Positions 19,201 through 28,410 of a stretch of DNA of 64,000 nucleotides are shown here, piece by piece (the stretch's first letter is position 1; the number at the start of each line of letters is the position of its first letter). The notes beneath the pieces were generated by a model, which saw only the letters and a list, made by a program, of their open reading frames with translations, was not told the origin of the DNA and did no database searches. Position numbers and translations under genes: made by a program. The stretch is from a virus (taxonomy: Duplodnaviria > Caudoviricetes): positions 224,001-288,000 of the IMG/VR virus record IMGVR_UViG_3300021431_000076; one strand, written 5' to 3'.

Positions 19201-20770
19201 AGGAAGATGTCTTACTATTTTATATATCTACTGTAGTTGGTATAAAGATAATCCTAAACAAGGATTAATAGTAGAATGGAAAGATGTTCCTAGAAGTAAA
19301 GCTATAGATCAAGGTATAAATATGCCTACCCCATTCAAAGAATACGTTCAGCACGGATGGGATTATTTTGTATCTTATAATAATCGTATTGAACTAGCAG
19401 AATCTAAATATGATGTGTTTGATGAGACTTTCTATACATATCCATCTTCCGATTTAGAAAAAGGTAAATATGGAAACACGATAACATTTACTTTCATATA
19501 CTTAATAAAACCACCATGGGTTCGTGCTATAACAGAAGAAGATTATGACCAAGATCAAGACCTCTATTTCTGTAGAATGCCAGTATTAGATTTATATTCA
19601 TCTAAATATTTGAGAGATGAATCTAAATGGTTAGGATATGATCCTGTTACTTTAGAAGATGGATGGTGGGATGGTTATCAATATAAGAAAGATTCCCATA
19701 AATTGATTAAAGAAAAGATTTATGATGAAAAATGGAACTATGCTAGATCTAAATACTATTCCATTTATCATGAATATGATGTATCTACATATGCAGCTTA
19801 TATGGGTTATTTCTATTCTATGCTATACGATTCTGTATTTTTAGAAAAAGAAATAAACTTAGAAATACCTTCTCTTGGTCCTGATCGCAAATTTAATATA
19901 GCACATCTATTTATTTTTATGAATATATTAACCAATATCTATTATGGTCTTGATGATTTTACTATAGATTATGCAACTAATCAGAAAAAAGTAGTAGGAT
20001 TTAATTTCAAAACAAATCTAAATACTCTAAAACTATGGATGAAAGAAAGACATTTTGATCCTAAACTATATAATATATGGGATTTCATTATTCCAACTTC
20101 TCAAATCATGTCTATGAGTAATTTCGCTAATATCTATATGAATAATATGAAAGTATATGAAAGAGTAATAGATAATATGGTCAAAGCAGAAACATTTAAA
20201 GACTATCAAATATGGAGACATATCAAAGAAACTTTATTTGAATGGGATTTTGATTTCTCTTACTTTAAAAAGAATAATGGTGTGAAAGCTACAACATATT
20301 CTGAATTTCTTAGAGATAAAGACTATCCTTTATATTTAGTGGCAGATAGTATTAAGAAAATTAAAAATGAAGAGACTAGAATAGATATGATAGTGTCTTA
20401 TATTGATGATATTTGTTACATCTTAGAAGGATATCTTGATAAAGAGATAGTAAGAATATTAGCAAGTAGATTCCCTGGTAGATCTTCTCTTCATATTTTA
20501 AAGTATATGAAATATATTTTAGAATTCTTCAAATCTTATAAAATAATCTTTAGATCTAATGGAGAGCATATGATATTTGGTGCTAATGGAAAAGAAACTG
20601 AAGATACTGTAATAAGATTTAATGATATTATGCATTCAGTAGAAAGATTCCAAAGAGATGAATATTATACAATGGTAGAGAATCCTACTACACTAGAACA
20701 TAAAGAAATTCATGATTATGGACCATGGTTAAAGGAAGATGTTGATATAAAGGAGATACATGTACAATGA
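16256..20770 (+). CDS. Large virion structural protein (baseplate/tail-like) with internal beta-rich repeats of about 90 aa
   Basis: 1504 aa; recurring PFxxY...FVxxG...Y.I units in the middle; late-type promoter. Confidence 0.65.
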   Translation: MSLRFSDELLNTENPFIDLLMYNLKILAFNCVIKNEYDANEAETEESLKNSSIYIACLENKAHIELFDEIPVSFLQQVGMPQSQIDLYVNNGYDKYYIPKDIVWDYNTKDYVPSGTTYEADLKPLLQNWFIAKYENNHYEGELNNYYRKILGIPPVGDWGIPMVEYEYLFPSYFTYTGDFLHEIGPDACKTLDRLGILDIIKADYPDADYLDYVTCGITAYDARNKMDMQILWHPSVEELSYDNEELNVNTFKAMIQEFEDKYIQNREFMQTAVYSQAMEIASTEYHSFMILYTLMITMMDILTEIQSHIIKKDILNRRCVQYILSMYGIPFYRKIPEKFQERIAKNCHTLIKYKASPQGMENIKDIFDAQDIQLYKYYILKARKFDSYGSFAFSESDKLVCGYNDIILHETLKETVGNPPPAQPVPTNLNYTTKYLYEDSVLNMPLDGTYTSGIDDQVLTANATSDALIGGTYAGQAAANFTALTATDYVQRYIRWPFQYFLQKGNVFFVKIGDYILKEGTDFVVYNYNKIRIKKSLMTNPNAVITYEFYYDKDTINEPFDITLDYSLVTKTKKIIGTTSKTYSLKPLPFPTYLTEGNQVIISIGSVWLAENMYTIDVNNQTVTITDNSLDLNGREIYAILIYSKLMRSKYEKHYVAVTSNNQKKFYIPEPYQNYVINENSFYVTAGDTYIAPERYNIVPSTTQGQSYIEFNDNSKFITRRGLLFNFIYNQNAILNKIDLKRKSIIVTVQEHYQSEFDITWPTKNYITSGYLVFVKLFGWYLPKESFSCTNKKLLLLDESLALPAGTQIELVCFYCNKDRTTDAHDNIRIDKDYRIATSDRQKTFNFKVPVKHYDTKFNKIIVDINGNVLESNQYTIDLNHVNTGAVLNITYYYQRPMKDQRVNLTFVYNQDAEYIPVIKQQHIPITSTNHNTFDLDFPFFPYLQSNHDFLVSVGSTLINKSRIHMKDQFTFEVEGLNTKVGRCLTILYIYCSWYKDNPKQGLIVEWKDVPRSKAIDQGINMPTPFKEYVQHGWDYFVSYNNRIELAESKYDVFDETFYTYPSSDLEKGKYGNTITFTFIYLIKPPWVRAITEEDYDQDQDLYFCRMPVLDLYSSKYLRDESKWLGYDPVTLEDGWWDGYQYKKDSHKLIKEKIYDEKWNYARSKYYSIYHEYDVSTYAAYMGYFYSMLYDSVFLEKEINLEIPSLGPDRKFNIAHLFIFMNILTNIYYGLDDFTIDYATNQKKVVGFNFKTNLNTLKLWMKERHFDPKLYNIWDFIIPTSQIMSMSNFANIYMNNMKVYERVIDNMVKAETFKDYQIWRHIKETLFEWDFDFSYFKKNNGVKATTYSEFLRDKDYPLYLVADSIKKIKNEETRIDMIVSYIDDICYILEGYLDKEIVRILASRFPGRSSLHILKYMKYILEFFKSYKIIFRSNGEHMIFGANGKETEDTVIRFNDIMHSVERFQRDEYYTMVENPTTLEHKEIHDYGPWLKEDVDIKEIHVQ

Positions 20771-21612
20771 TTACAGATGATAAAATACATTTAGGAGAAG
20801 ATGTAGTGCTTGATAGTGCTGCAGAATATGTGTCTATTCAAGATGGTCATCCAAATGGTTTAGATACTTTGGTTACTATTCAAGATAAAAGAACTGGTGA
20901 GATAGTATTCAAAGGAAAAAATCGTACTATGATTTCTGGGTCTGAATTTATGGCTTATCATACATTTAGACTCAATGGCTTTGCATTTACTACCCCAACA
21001 TATAATACTCAATTAGGATTAGATCATACAGTATCTGGAACACAGAATAGTTTAGGAGCTAACTATGTCACACAAGTATTTTGTGTTGGCACTTCTGGTT
21101 GTAATAGAGAATCTGCTATATGGTATCCTGTATCTAATAAAAAATGGATAGCTCCAACAGAATTAGTACCATTCAGATATGTTCCATTTAATAATGATTT
21201 GACCAATCTTCAAAGAGAAATATACTTTGGCAGAAAAACTATATCCAATGTACAGCATTATGCATATTATTTTAAGAAGTTTGATTCTAATCCAGTATAT
21301 AAGAAACAATACGAAGATGGAACTCCATGGAATGCTGGTATTTTTACAGATAATTCTTCTGCTAATGCTCAGATGAGTGTTACTACTACAATGACTATTA
21401 CTAAAGATGATTGCAGAGATTACTTTATTGAAACTACTGGTATTAATGATGGCAGATTCAATTGCTTATCATTATGCTTATCATGGACTGATGTATTCAA
21501 TGGATTTACATACTATCAAGATATCAGACCTCTAACCAGAATCAATTTCCCAAATAAATTCTTAAATGATCTTACTTGTGAATGGTTAGTAACTTATCAT
21601 ATTTATTTCTAA
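20767..21612 (+). CDS. Probable virion structural protein
   Basis: ATGA overlap with the previous gene; beta-rich composition. Confidence 0.6.
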   Translation: MITDDKIHLGEDVVLDSAAEYVSIQDGHPNGLDTLVTIQDKRTGEIVFKGKNRTMISGSEFMAYHTFRLNGFAFTTPTYNTQLGLDHTVSGTQNSLGANYVTQVFCVGTSGCNRESAIWYPVSNKKWIAPTELVPFRYVPFNNDLTNLQREIYFGRKTISNVQHYAYYFKKFDSNPVYKKQYEDGTPWNAGIFTDNSSANAQMSVTTTMTITKDDCRDYFIETTGINDGRFNCLSLCLSWTDVFNGFTYYQDIRPLTRINFPNKFLNDLTCEWLVTYHIYF

Positions 21613-21620
21613 TTTAATTT

Positions 21621-21648
21621 ATCCCTAGGGTTTAAAACCCTAGGGATA
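21621..21648. terminator. Hairpin between convergent genes (CCCTAGGG family)
   Basis: ATCCCTAGGGTTT-A-AAACCCTAGGGAT. Confidence 0.65.
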
Positions 21649-21651
21649 ATA

Positions 21652-22896
21652 TTATAATCCAAATATCTTTTTATAACCAAAATCGCCCATATCAGATACC
21701 TTAGTAGTTGAATCATGGAAATTTTTCATTGCTAAATTTTTGAGATCACTCATAAGCTTGTATGATACTACACCTACATTCTTTAGTTTTAGTTTTCTGA
21801 ATAGGGAGCCAGCACATGCTTCACATACACCATGATCACATTCACAAAATCCAGTAAATCTAAATTGGATAGTTTTTCCAATATATTTATTTGAATTAGA
21901 TGGGTTTAATTCTACTAATTTTCCACCTATAACCATATTAGAATACATCCAGAGATCTAGATTATCATTTGTGAGTTCTACAGTTTTATATCTCTTAGTA
22001 CCACAATCTTCATCAAATTGCACAGAGATATGTTCTAATCCTTTAACGAATAGCTTCTCCCAGTAACCACCAACCATTGTCTTATTAGCACGAGAAAATG
22101 GTCCAAGTGTTAATGACTCACAGAAATCAGCATATTCTTCTTTAGACATTCCATCCATATAATTACTAGTAATCATAGAGTATTGGCCTCTAGATTGATC
22201 TGCTAGTTTAGATACACCTTTCATAATAAACATATTCTTTAGGTTATTACCTTTATCTGCACCAACAGAAGAATCTAGTATATCTGCAGATGGATCTTCT
22301 TTAAGTTTTTCATCTACTTCTTTTATCAGATCTTTTTCTATTTTTTGAATAATTACTGGGTCAGGTTCACTATCCGTATTGACCTGACTCTTTTTTATTA
22401 ATTCTTCTTTCTTCTTTTTTATCTCTGCTGACATGCCTAATAGTCCTTCAGAAAGAGAAGGAGATAAAATATTGCAATATGGTTGGAATTTTTGTGATTT
22501 TAGTGTATACTTCTTAAGCTCTTCTATATCTAATCTATCTTCCATTACTGCATAAGATATTTGCTTATTGAGTTTCTTGAATAACTTTTTATTTATAGTA
22601 TCATTCACATATCCAGTTATAGGAAATACTCCGCATTCTGTAAATGCTTTATTAAATACCCATAGTCCTACAGTAGTCATGAATCCTTTCTTATTCTTAT
22701 GACCTTCTAAACCAAATGTATCAGGAGGTACAGATATAATGTCATATGGATTAAATCTTCTCTTATCTCCAAACTTACCAAAACATTCCATCATAGTAGA
22801 CGTTCTACATGCTAAATCTTCATTAAGAGAAAAAAGATAGTCTAAGTCTTTTGGATTGCTAACAAATTTAGCTTGACGCTTAGGTTGTTTTATCAT
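21652..22896 (-). CDS. Phage multisubunit RNA polymerase, beta' C-terminal fragment (probably virion RNAP)
   Basis: SNYMDG, bridge-helix-like SRANKTMVGGY, EDCGT and Zn site C..VCEACAG; late-type motif at 22934-22945 on the minus strand. Confidence 0.8.
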   Translation of the reverse strand: MIKQPKRQAKFVSNPKDLDYLFSLNEDLACRTSTMMECFGKFGDKRRFNPYDIISVPPDTFGLEGHKNKKGFMTTVGLWVFNKAFTECGVFPITGYVNDTINKKLFKKLNKQISYAVMEDRLDIEELKKYTLKSQKFQPYCNILSPSLSEGLLGMSAEIKKKKEELIKKSQVNTDSEPDPVIIQKIEKDLIKEVDEKLKEDPSADILDSSVGADKGNNLKNMFIMKGVSKLADQSRGQYSMITSNYMDGMSKEEYADFCESLTLGPFSRANKTMVGGYWEKLFVKGLEHISVQFDEDCGTKRYKTVELTNDNLDLWMYSNMVIGGKLVELNPSNSNKYIGKTIQFRFTGFCECDHGVCEACAGSLFRKLKLKNVGVVSYKLMSDLKNLAMKNFHDSTTKVSDMGDFGYKKIFGL

Positions 22897-22954
22897 GTTT
22901 CATTCTCCTTCTATATAATATAGAAACTTGTCTTATATGATTGTTTTTGGCATA

Positions 22955-23085
22955 AAACCACCCTGGAGTCGATAGACTCCAGGGTTAGAATTATTCTAGA
23001 AGGAGAGAAAATGAATCATTTTAAAATGTATTAATATCAATATTATGCTAAAAATAGCAGTGGGATAACCACTTCTATTTCATTA
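22955..23085 (-). ncRNA. Candidate anti-SD small RNA A
   Basis: No ORF; contains UUCAUUUUCUCUCCUUCU; ends in hairpin 22960-22985. Confidence 0.4.
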
Positions 23086-23174
23086 CTTTATGTTAGCCTA
23101 TTACATTATTAAAAACATTTATATATTAAACAAAATTTCAGTTATATACTATTTAAGTGAAGGGGGAATGAAAA

Positions 23175-23423
23175 GTGAATAATAATTTAAAAATTTCATT
23201 CAAAGGAAAATCTGGTCAAGAAAATTGGGTAGAGGCTCGTATAACAAACGAACACAATACCACTCGTGTATGGAGGCATAATTTAGAAAGAGGCTCATCT
23301 GCATTAGCTAAACAGATGAATAGAAGAGTGTTTGGTCAAATGCAGGAAGCCATTGAAACCATAAAGTTAGAATTCGAAAATGGTTCATGGGATGATCCTA
23401 GATTTTATAATCAAGTAGTGTAG
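23175..23423 (+). CDS. Hypothetical protein
   Basis: Early motif near 23144; SD AGGGGG; terminator 23444-23475. Confidence 0.75.
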   Translation: MNNNLKISFKGKSGQENWVEARITNEHNTTRVWRHNLERGSSALAKQMNRRVFGQMQEAIETIKLEFENGSWDDPRFYNQVV

Positions 23424-23593
23424 TGTAAACTACACATTTGATTTAAAAGACATCCTTCAATGGATGTCTTTTTTTATTTTGATCTCCACTTATTTATTAA
23501 GGAGGTGAGTAATTTGTAGTAATAAATATATTTGTGTATCCAGTATACTGGATACACTAAAAACTAATCTGTTATATAAGAAAGGAGAAAGAA

Positions 23594-25183
23594 ATGAGCG
23601 AACAACTTCCAAACTTTAAGGTTAAGCTTAATTATCCTAACAATGAAGAGTATGATTACTTTACAAAGTTAGAAAGGATTAACTTAGACAAGGAGTGCGA
23701 TAAAGATCTCAGCCTGAATCACGGATTTATATGCGATGATCCACAAAGTATTAATAAACAAATTAAGTCTGAAAATGGTATCTTCTCATCTAAATTTGGT
23801 AGATCCTTACAGGATAAAGATCCATATATCAATCGCTATAGCTGCAAGTGTGGATATACTCAAGGATCTTTTAGATCTGTTCCTGATGATGCTAACTTTA
23901 ATTGTCCTATATGTCATACACCAGTAAAGCTTATTGGTGATGATTTTACTTACTTTGGTTGGATTAAGCTAAAGGATCAATATTGTGTTATTCATCCATT
24001 AATGTATAAGAGTTTGGAATCTCTTATTGGTGCTAGTAATTTGGCTGCTATTATTGAACCAGAAGTGGAGCTGGATGGTAATGGTAAACCAATGTCTAAT
24101 TATGATAAGAGAATCTTTAAAAAACAAAATGCAAGAGCATTTAAAAAGAAAGGAAAGATTGACCAAACATATGCTGGTATAGGAATGTTGGATTTTAGAG
24201 ATCATTTCCAAGAAATCATAGACTATTTCTATAGTAAGAAACCTGCTAAAAAAGATGTATATGATGATATCATGGAGAATAAGGATATTATCTTTACTCA
24301 TTCTATTCCAGTATATACTACTCAGTTACGAATAGCAAAAGTAGAGAATAAGAGATTTACATTTGAATCTACTAATGCAGATTTCAACTTATTGACCAAA
24401 TTAGCAGCTCAGGTTAATAAAGATAATCTCTATATCTATCGTAATAGAAAATATCAGAATCAGTTACTCTGGGATATGCAGTCTAAGATATCTCATCTTA
24501 CTACAGAGATAATTAATATCTTAGCAGGTAAGAAAGGCATTATCAGATCTACAATATCTGGTAGAATTGCATTCACATCTAGAACTGTTATCACTCCTGG
24601 AGCTAAATTACATATGGATGAAATTTGGATGCCATACTTTGCTCTTTGTATCTTGCTGGAACAGGTTATAATCAATGTATTACAGAAATCATATAATATA
24701 ACCTATGCTAAAGCATATAAGATTTGGTATTATGCTTCTATGCAAGAAGATCCTAGAGTAAGAGCTATAATAGAGAATCTTATAGCAGCAGGAAAAGTTT
24801 CTGGGTTGCTGAATCGAAATCCAACTATCTCTTATGAGTCTATGTTATATGTGAGAGTAACAAAATGTACCAGTGGATTTAGTTTGACGATCAATTCTTG
24901 GTGTCTTTGCGGCCTAGGGGCCGACTTCGATGGTGACACACTCAACTTCCTTATGATATATAATGAAGCATTTAGAAAGCAATGTGAACAGATATATTCT
25001 CCTAGAAATGCTTTCTGTATATCTAGAGATGATGGTATGTTGAATAGAAATGTAAATATATTTAAAGATACCATGATTAATATGAGTACTTTGGTTGATA
25101 TGTGTCGAGAAAACTATTCGCAAGATCAATTAGCTAAGATTAAAGCATTAAAAGAAAAGTATAGAGGTAAGATGATATGCTAA
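23594..25183 (+). CDS. Phage multisubunit RNA polymerase, beta' N-terminal/catalytic fragment (probably non-virion RNAP)
   Basis: Zn ribbon CKCG..CPIC, GKKGIIR, SRTVI, LNRNPT and catalytic GADFDGD. Confidence 0.9.
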   Translation: MSEQLPNFKVKLNYPNNEEYDYFTKLERINLDKECDKDLSLNHGFICDDPQSINKQIKSENGIFSSKFGRSLQDKDPYINRYSCKCGYTQGSFRSVPDDANFNCPICHTPVKLIGDDFTYFGWIKLKDQYCVIHPLMYKSLESLIGASNLAAIIEPEVELDGNGKPMSNYDKRIFKKQNARAFKKKGKIDQTYAGIGMLDFRDHFQEIIDYFYSKKPAKKDVYDDIMENKDIIFTHSIPVYTTQLRIAKVENKRFTFESTNADFNLLTKLAAQVNKDNLYIYRNRKYQNQLLWDMQSKISHLTTEIINILAGKKGIIRSTISGRIAFTSRTVITPGAKLHMDEIWMPYFALCILLEQVIINVLQKSYNITYAKAYKIWYYASMQEDPRVRAIIENLIAAGKVSGLLNRNPTISYESMLYVRVTKCTSGFSLTINSWCLCGLGADFDGDTLNFLMIYNEAFRKQCEQIYSPRNAFCISRDDGMLNRNVNIFKDTMINMSTLVDMCRENYSQDQLAKIKALKEKYRGKMIC

Positions 25184-25386
25184 ATAAGTCATTCTTTAAA
25201 GGAACGATTCCTGATAATGTGGTATGGGTATATCTTGATAAAATTGAAAAGCATCATCTTAAGAATCTTATCCATGAATACTATATGTACTATCTGGATG
25301 ATGGCCAATATATGTATTATTTCAATGAAGCAAAGGAAATAGGTTTTGTGATCAAATTACATAAAGAAGAGGGTAAAGATCAATGA
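25177..25386 (+). CDS. Hypothetical protein
   Basis: SD AGAGGT; overlaps both neighbours. Confidence 0.65.
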   Translation: MLNKSFFKGTIPDNVVWVYLDKIEKHHLKNLIHEYYMYYLDDGQYMYYFNEAKEIGFVIKLHKEEGKDQ

Positions 25387-25748
25387 GTGAAATGAATTTT
25401 GGGGATGCTAGTAAATATATTATGGGTAATTGTATTGATACCTTTGAGGAAACTGTACTCTTTGAACTGGGTATCGAATACACTAAGAAAGAGTATACTG
25501 AAGTTGATGAAGATGCTAAGATAGTCGTAATAGATTTTAAAACAGACTATTCATCATTATACTTCAGAGGTAAAGTTGATGAGGCTACTCTTGATCAAAT
25601 GAAAGAGTTTATTCAGGACTACTTTAACTCCTGTAGAAAAATACAGAATGTATTGGCAGGAGAATGTTCTACACAGTTCGAGTGTCAATCTAAAGATAAG
25701 AGTATGTATATCTCATACTCCTCGAATAATCTTGATATAAACGAATAA
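25383..25748 (+). CDS. Hypothetical protein
   Basis: ATGA overlap; operon context. Confidence 0.75.
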   Translation: MSEMNFGDASKYIMGNCIDTFEETVLFELGIEYTKKEYTEVDEDAKIVVIDFKTDYSSLYFRGKVDEATLDQMKEFIQDYFNSCRKIQNVLAGECSTQFECQSKDKSMYISYSSNNLDINE

Positions 25749-25758
25749 TAGGGAGGCA

Positions 25759-26157
25759 ATGGCAATGTCATTTACTAAGGTTAGAAACAATCTGAGAATC
25801 AATATTCCTTTCATTAAGGAGATTGATGAGAAGAGTTCTGATTTCCTTCAAGATAGAGTTATTGGTCATACTCTTAATAGCTTCTATCTTCTTGGTTCAG
25901 AAAAGATTGAAGAAAATGCTCCTTCTAGAAAGGTAGATCCATTTAAGATTGAGATAATACTTGCTAGTTCTAGATTTATATTGAACTTGTATGACGTTTC
26001 TATGGAATATGAAGATATCATGCTTATGGTTAAGAACTTCTTCAAAGATATTCTTGCTCATAATAAGAGTTCAGTTAAAGGAGGAGTTATCTCTAAAGCA
26101 TATCACAATAAATTGACGTCTGAATATGCTACTTTCTCTGTTACAAATGGCCATTAA
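25759..26157 (+). CDS. Hypothetical protein
   Basis: SD GGGAGG. Confidence 0.75.
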   Translation: MAMSFTKVRNNLRINIPFIKEIDEKSSDFLQDRVIGHTLNSFYLLGSEKIEENAPSRKVDPFKIEIILASSRFILNLYDVSMEYEDIMLMVKNFFKDILAHNKSSVKGGVISKAYHNKLTSEYATFSVTNGH

Positions 26158-26233
26158 TATACACATTTAAAGACAATAAGGTGTTGGAATGAATCCAACA
26201 CCTTAATTTATATCTATTTAGGAGGAATTTAAA

Positions 26234-26629
26234 ATGGAAATCAAAACTGCAAAAGAAATTAGAAAAGCTATGAAAGATAAATTTGAAAATAATAGCCAGC
26301 TTGCTTTTGAAACTGTTTGTGATACTATAATGAAAAAGATAGAGAGGTCAGCATTAAAAGATGCCCTCTTCTCTACTGAATATGATTTTGAAAAACAATT
26401 AGACTATCTTAAACTCTCAACAATTAAAGGAGAAGAAGAAAAAGTAATTGGGTATTTGAAGTTTATAATCAATTCTTATAAAAACAAATCGGATAAAGAG
26501 TTATATAATGCTTTTGAGTCTCAGGTAGTAAATCTTCTTATAACAAAAGGATATACAGTTGAGAAAGAAGAAGGTCTTTTAAATAGATTCAAAATTACTA
26601 TTAGATGGGATAAAGAGGTAGATGAATAA
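26234..26629 (+). CDS. Hypothetical protein (paralog 1 of the TAxE...IxW family)
   Basis: SD AGGAGG. Confidence 0.8.
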   Translation: MEIKTAKEIRKAMKDKFENNSQLAFETVCDTIMKKIERSALKDALFSTEYDFEKQLDYLKLSTIKGEEEKVIGYLKFIINSYKNKSDKELYNAFESQVVNLLITKGYTVEKEEGLLNRFKITIRWDKEVDE

Positions 26630-26985
26630 TGGCAACTTATACCATAAACGTTAAAGATGTAGACTATCTTATTACTAAAGATTATAAAATAGAGCCAGAT
26701 GTGATTGCAAATGCTTTTAACTCAAAAGTTAAGATAGAAACTGCATTTATTGAAAAATATAATGCTCTTATTATACGATCATCTAAATCTGAGTTGTATA
26801 TAAGATATGGTAAAGATTTAAATATTGTAAAAGTTAGTGAGTTTACAAATAGTTTTATGGAAACATGCAAAGATGTATGTTCTATGTTAAATAATCCTGC
26901 TATTAATCTAGAGGTGAAATCTAGAGAAATAGATATCTATGCAAACTATAATACTGACAAATTTGGAGGGTATGAAAATGATTAA
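26629..26985 (+). CDS. Hypothetical protein
   Basis: TAATG overlap; SD AGAGGT. Confidence 0.75.
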   Translation: MATYTINVKDVDYLITKDYKIEPDVIANAFNSKVKIETAFIEKYNALIIRSSKSELYIRYGKDLNIVKVSEFTNSFMETCKDVCSMLNNPAINLEVKSREIDIYANYNTDKFGGYEND

Positions 26986-27352
26986 CAAGAAAACTGCTCA
27001 AGAATGGTCTAAAATGGCTAAAGAACAAATGGAGAAAAACTGGAAAATTGATGAGATAGTAAAAACAAAAGTAACCATACCAGAAGATATTTTAAATGCT
27101 GTTGTAAAATATGTAGATAAGAAGATTTCTGGATATGCTAAAGTTACTGGTAATACTTCTGTCGTTATTGATCTTACTAAGATTAGAAAAAGTATCACTG
27201 CCAATGAGAATGCTCTTGCTATATTAGGTAAGCATAATCTTAATATAGACTCATATATATTGGGTTCTATCAAAAAGAATCTATCTGATAATAAATTTAA
27301 AGTTATTGATCTGACTTCAGAAAATAAATTTATTGTTGATTGGTCTAAGTAA
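26978..27352 (+). CDS. Hypothetical protein (paralog 2)
   Basis: SD GGAGG before ATG 26978. Confidence 0.75.
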   Translation: MINKKTAQEWSKMAKEQMEKNWKIDEIVKTKVTIPEDILNAVVKYVDKKISGYAKVTGNTSVVIDLTKIRKSITANENALAILGKHNLNIDSYILGSIKKNLSDNKFKVIDLTSENKFIVDWSK

Positions 27353-27437
27353 AGAATTATTTAAATATATACTATTAAAGTGTAGGTGTCTTATGGCACC
27401 TACATATATTATTGTTTTATTAGAAAGGAAGAACAAG

Positions 27438-27884
27438 ATGAGTGGTAAAGAAAACAATCAAACAACCTATTTTACAGCACTAGATTTCAGAGAATTAGCT
27501 GAGGGTAATTTAGATGAGGTAAAAGAAAATGCCATTGTCAATAAATGTTTGATGGCTAAGCTTATATCTAATATACGCTTTGAAGTTGCCAGTTGTAGTC
27601 TAGCAGGTATTAGTAACTGTAATGTATCTGTGAATTATTCAACTGTACCTGTACCTAGAGATTTATTGCCTAACATAATGAAATATCTTAAAGATTATTT
27701 CGAAGATGATAAGTTTGAGGTATCTATAGGAGAAAATATGATATCTCTCGATTGGTCTAAGGAAGGACCATATGGAGATATTAGTGACGAATATGATGAT
27801 GCTGAAAATTATGAAAATATGCACAAGCAAAAAAATAAGAAACAGCATGCTCCAAGAAAACATAATTTGAAGGTGGTGAAATAA
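27438..27884 (+). CDS. Hypothetical protein (paralog 3)
   Basis: Early motif near 27367; SD GAAAGGA before ATG 27438. Confidence 0.75.
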   Translation: MSGKENNQTTYFTALDFRELAEGNLDEVKENAIVNKCLMAKLISNIRFEVASCSLAGISNCNVSVNYSTVPVPRDLLPNIMKYLKDYFEDDKFEVSIGENMISLDWSKEGPYGDISDEYDDAENYENMHKQKNKKQHAPRKHNLKVVK

Positions 27885-27973
27885 AAATATTATCCCTTTA
27901 GTTTCTAAATCTTATAGTACTATATTATAAGGTTTTATGAATAGTATATGTATACTATAAGGAGGATTTAACA

Positions 27974-28273
27974 ATGAACAAGAAAGAATTATCTAAGAAG
28001 GTAGCTGAGAAAGCCAATGTTACTGCTGCAGTCGCAGGGGAATGCGTTACTGCTACTTTTGATGTTATCAAAGAAACAGTAGTAACTGGTGAGAAAGTAG
28101 ATATTGCTGGGTTTGGTTCCTATGAAGCAAAGACTCGTGAAGCTCGTGTTGGTCGTAATCCATTGACTGGTGAGCAGATTCAGATTCCTGCTTCTGTTGT
28201 TCCTTCCTTTAAAGCATCTAAGACCTTCAAAGACTATTTGAAAGAAAATGGTAAAAATCTGTTAAAGAAATAA
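27974..28273 (+). CDS. hup: Histone-like DNA-binding protein HU
   Basis: MNKKEL, GFGSY, ARVGRNPLTGE and PSFKA; strong SD. Confidence 0.95.
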   Translation: MNKKELSKKVAEKANVTAAVAGECVTATFDVIKETVVTGEKVDIAGFGSYEAKTREARVGRNPLTGEQIQIPASVVPSFKASKTFKDYLKENGKNLLKK

Positions 28274-28410
28274 ATTATTATAAATCTAGAGAGGAGTAAT
28301 CCTCTCTAGATTTTATAAATTGAAATAAAGATGGTGATTTTTTGTTTGCTTCATTTAATCATCTATTAACAGATTGCAAATCATCAACTAAAAATAAGGA
28401 GGGAGATATA

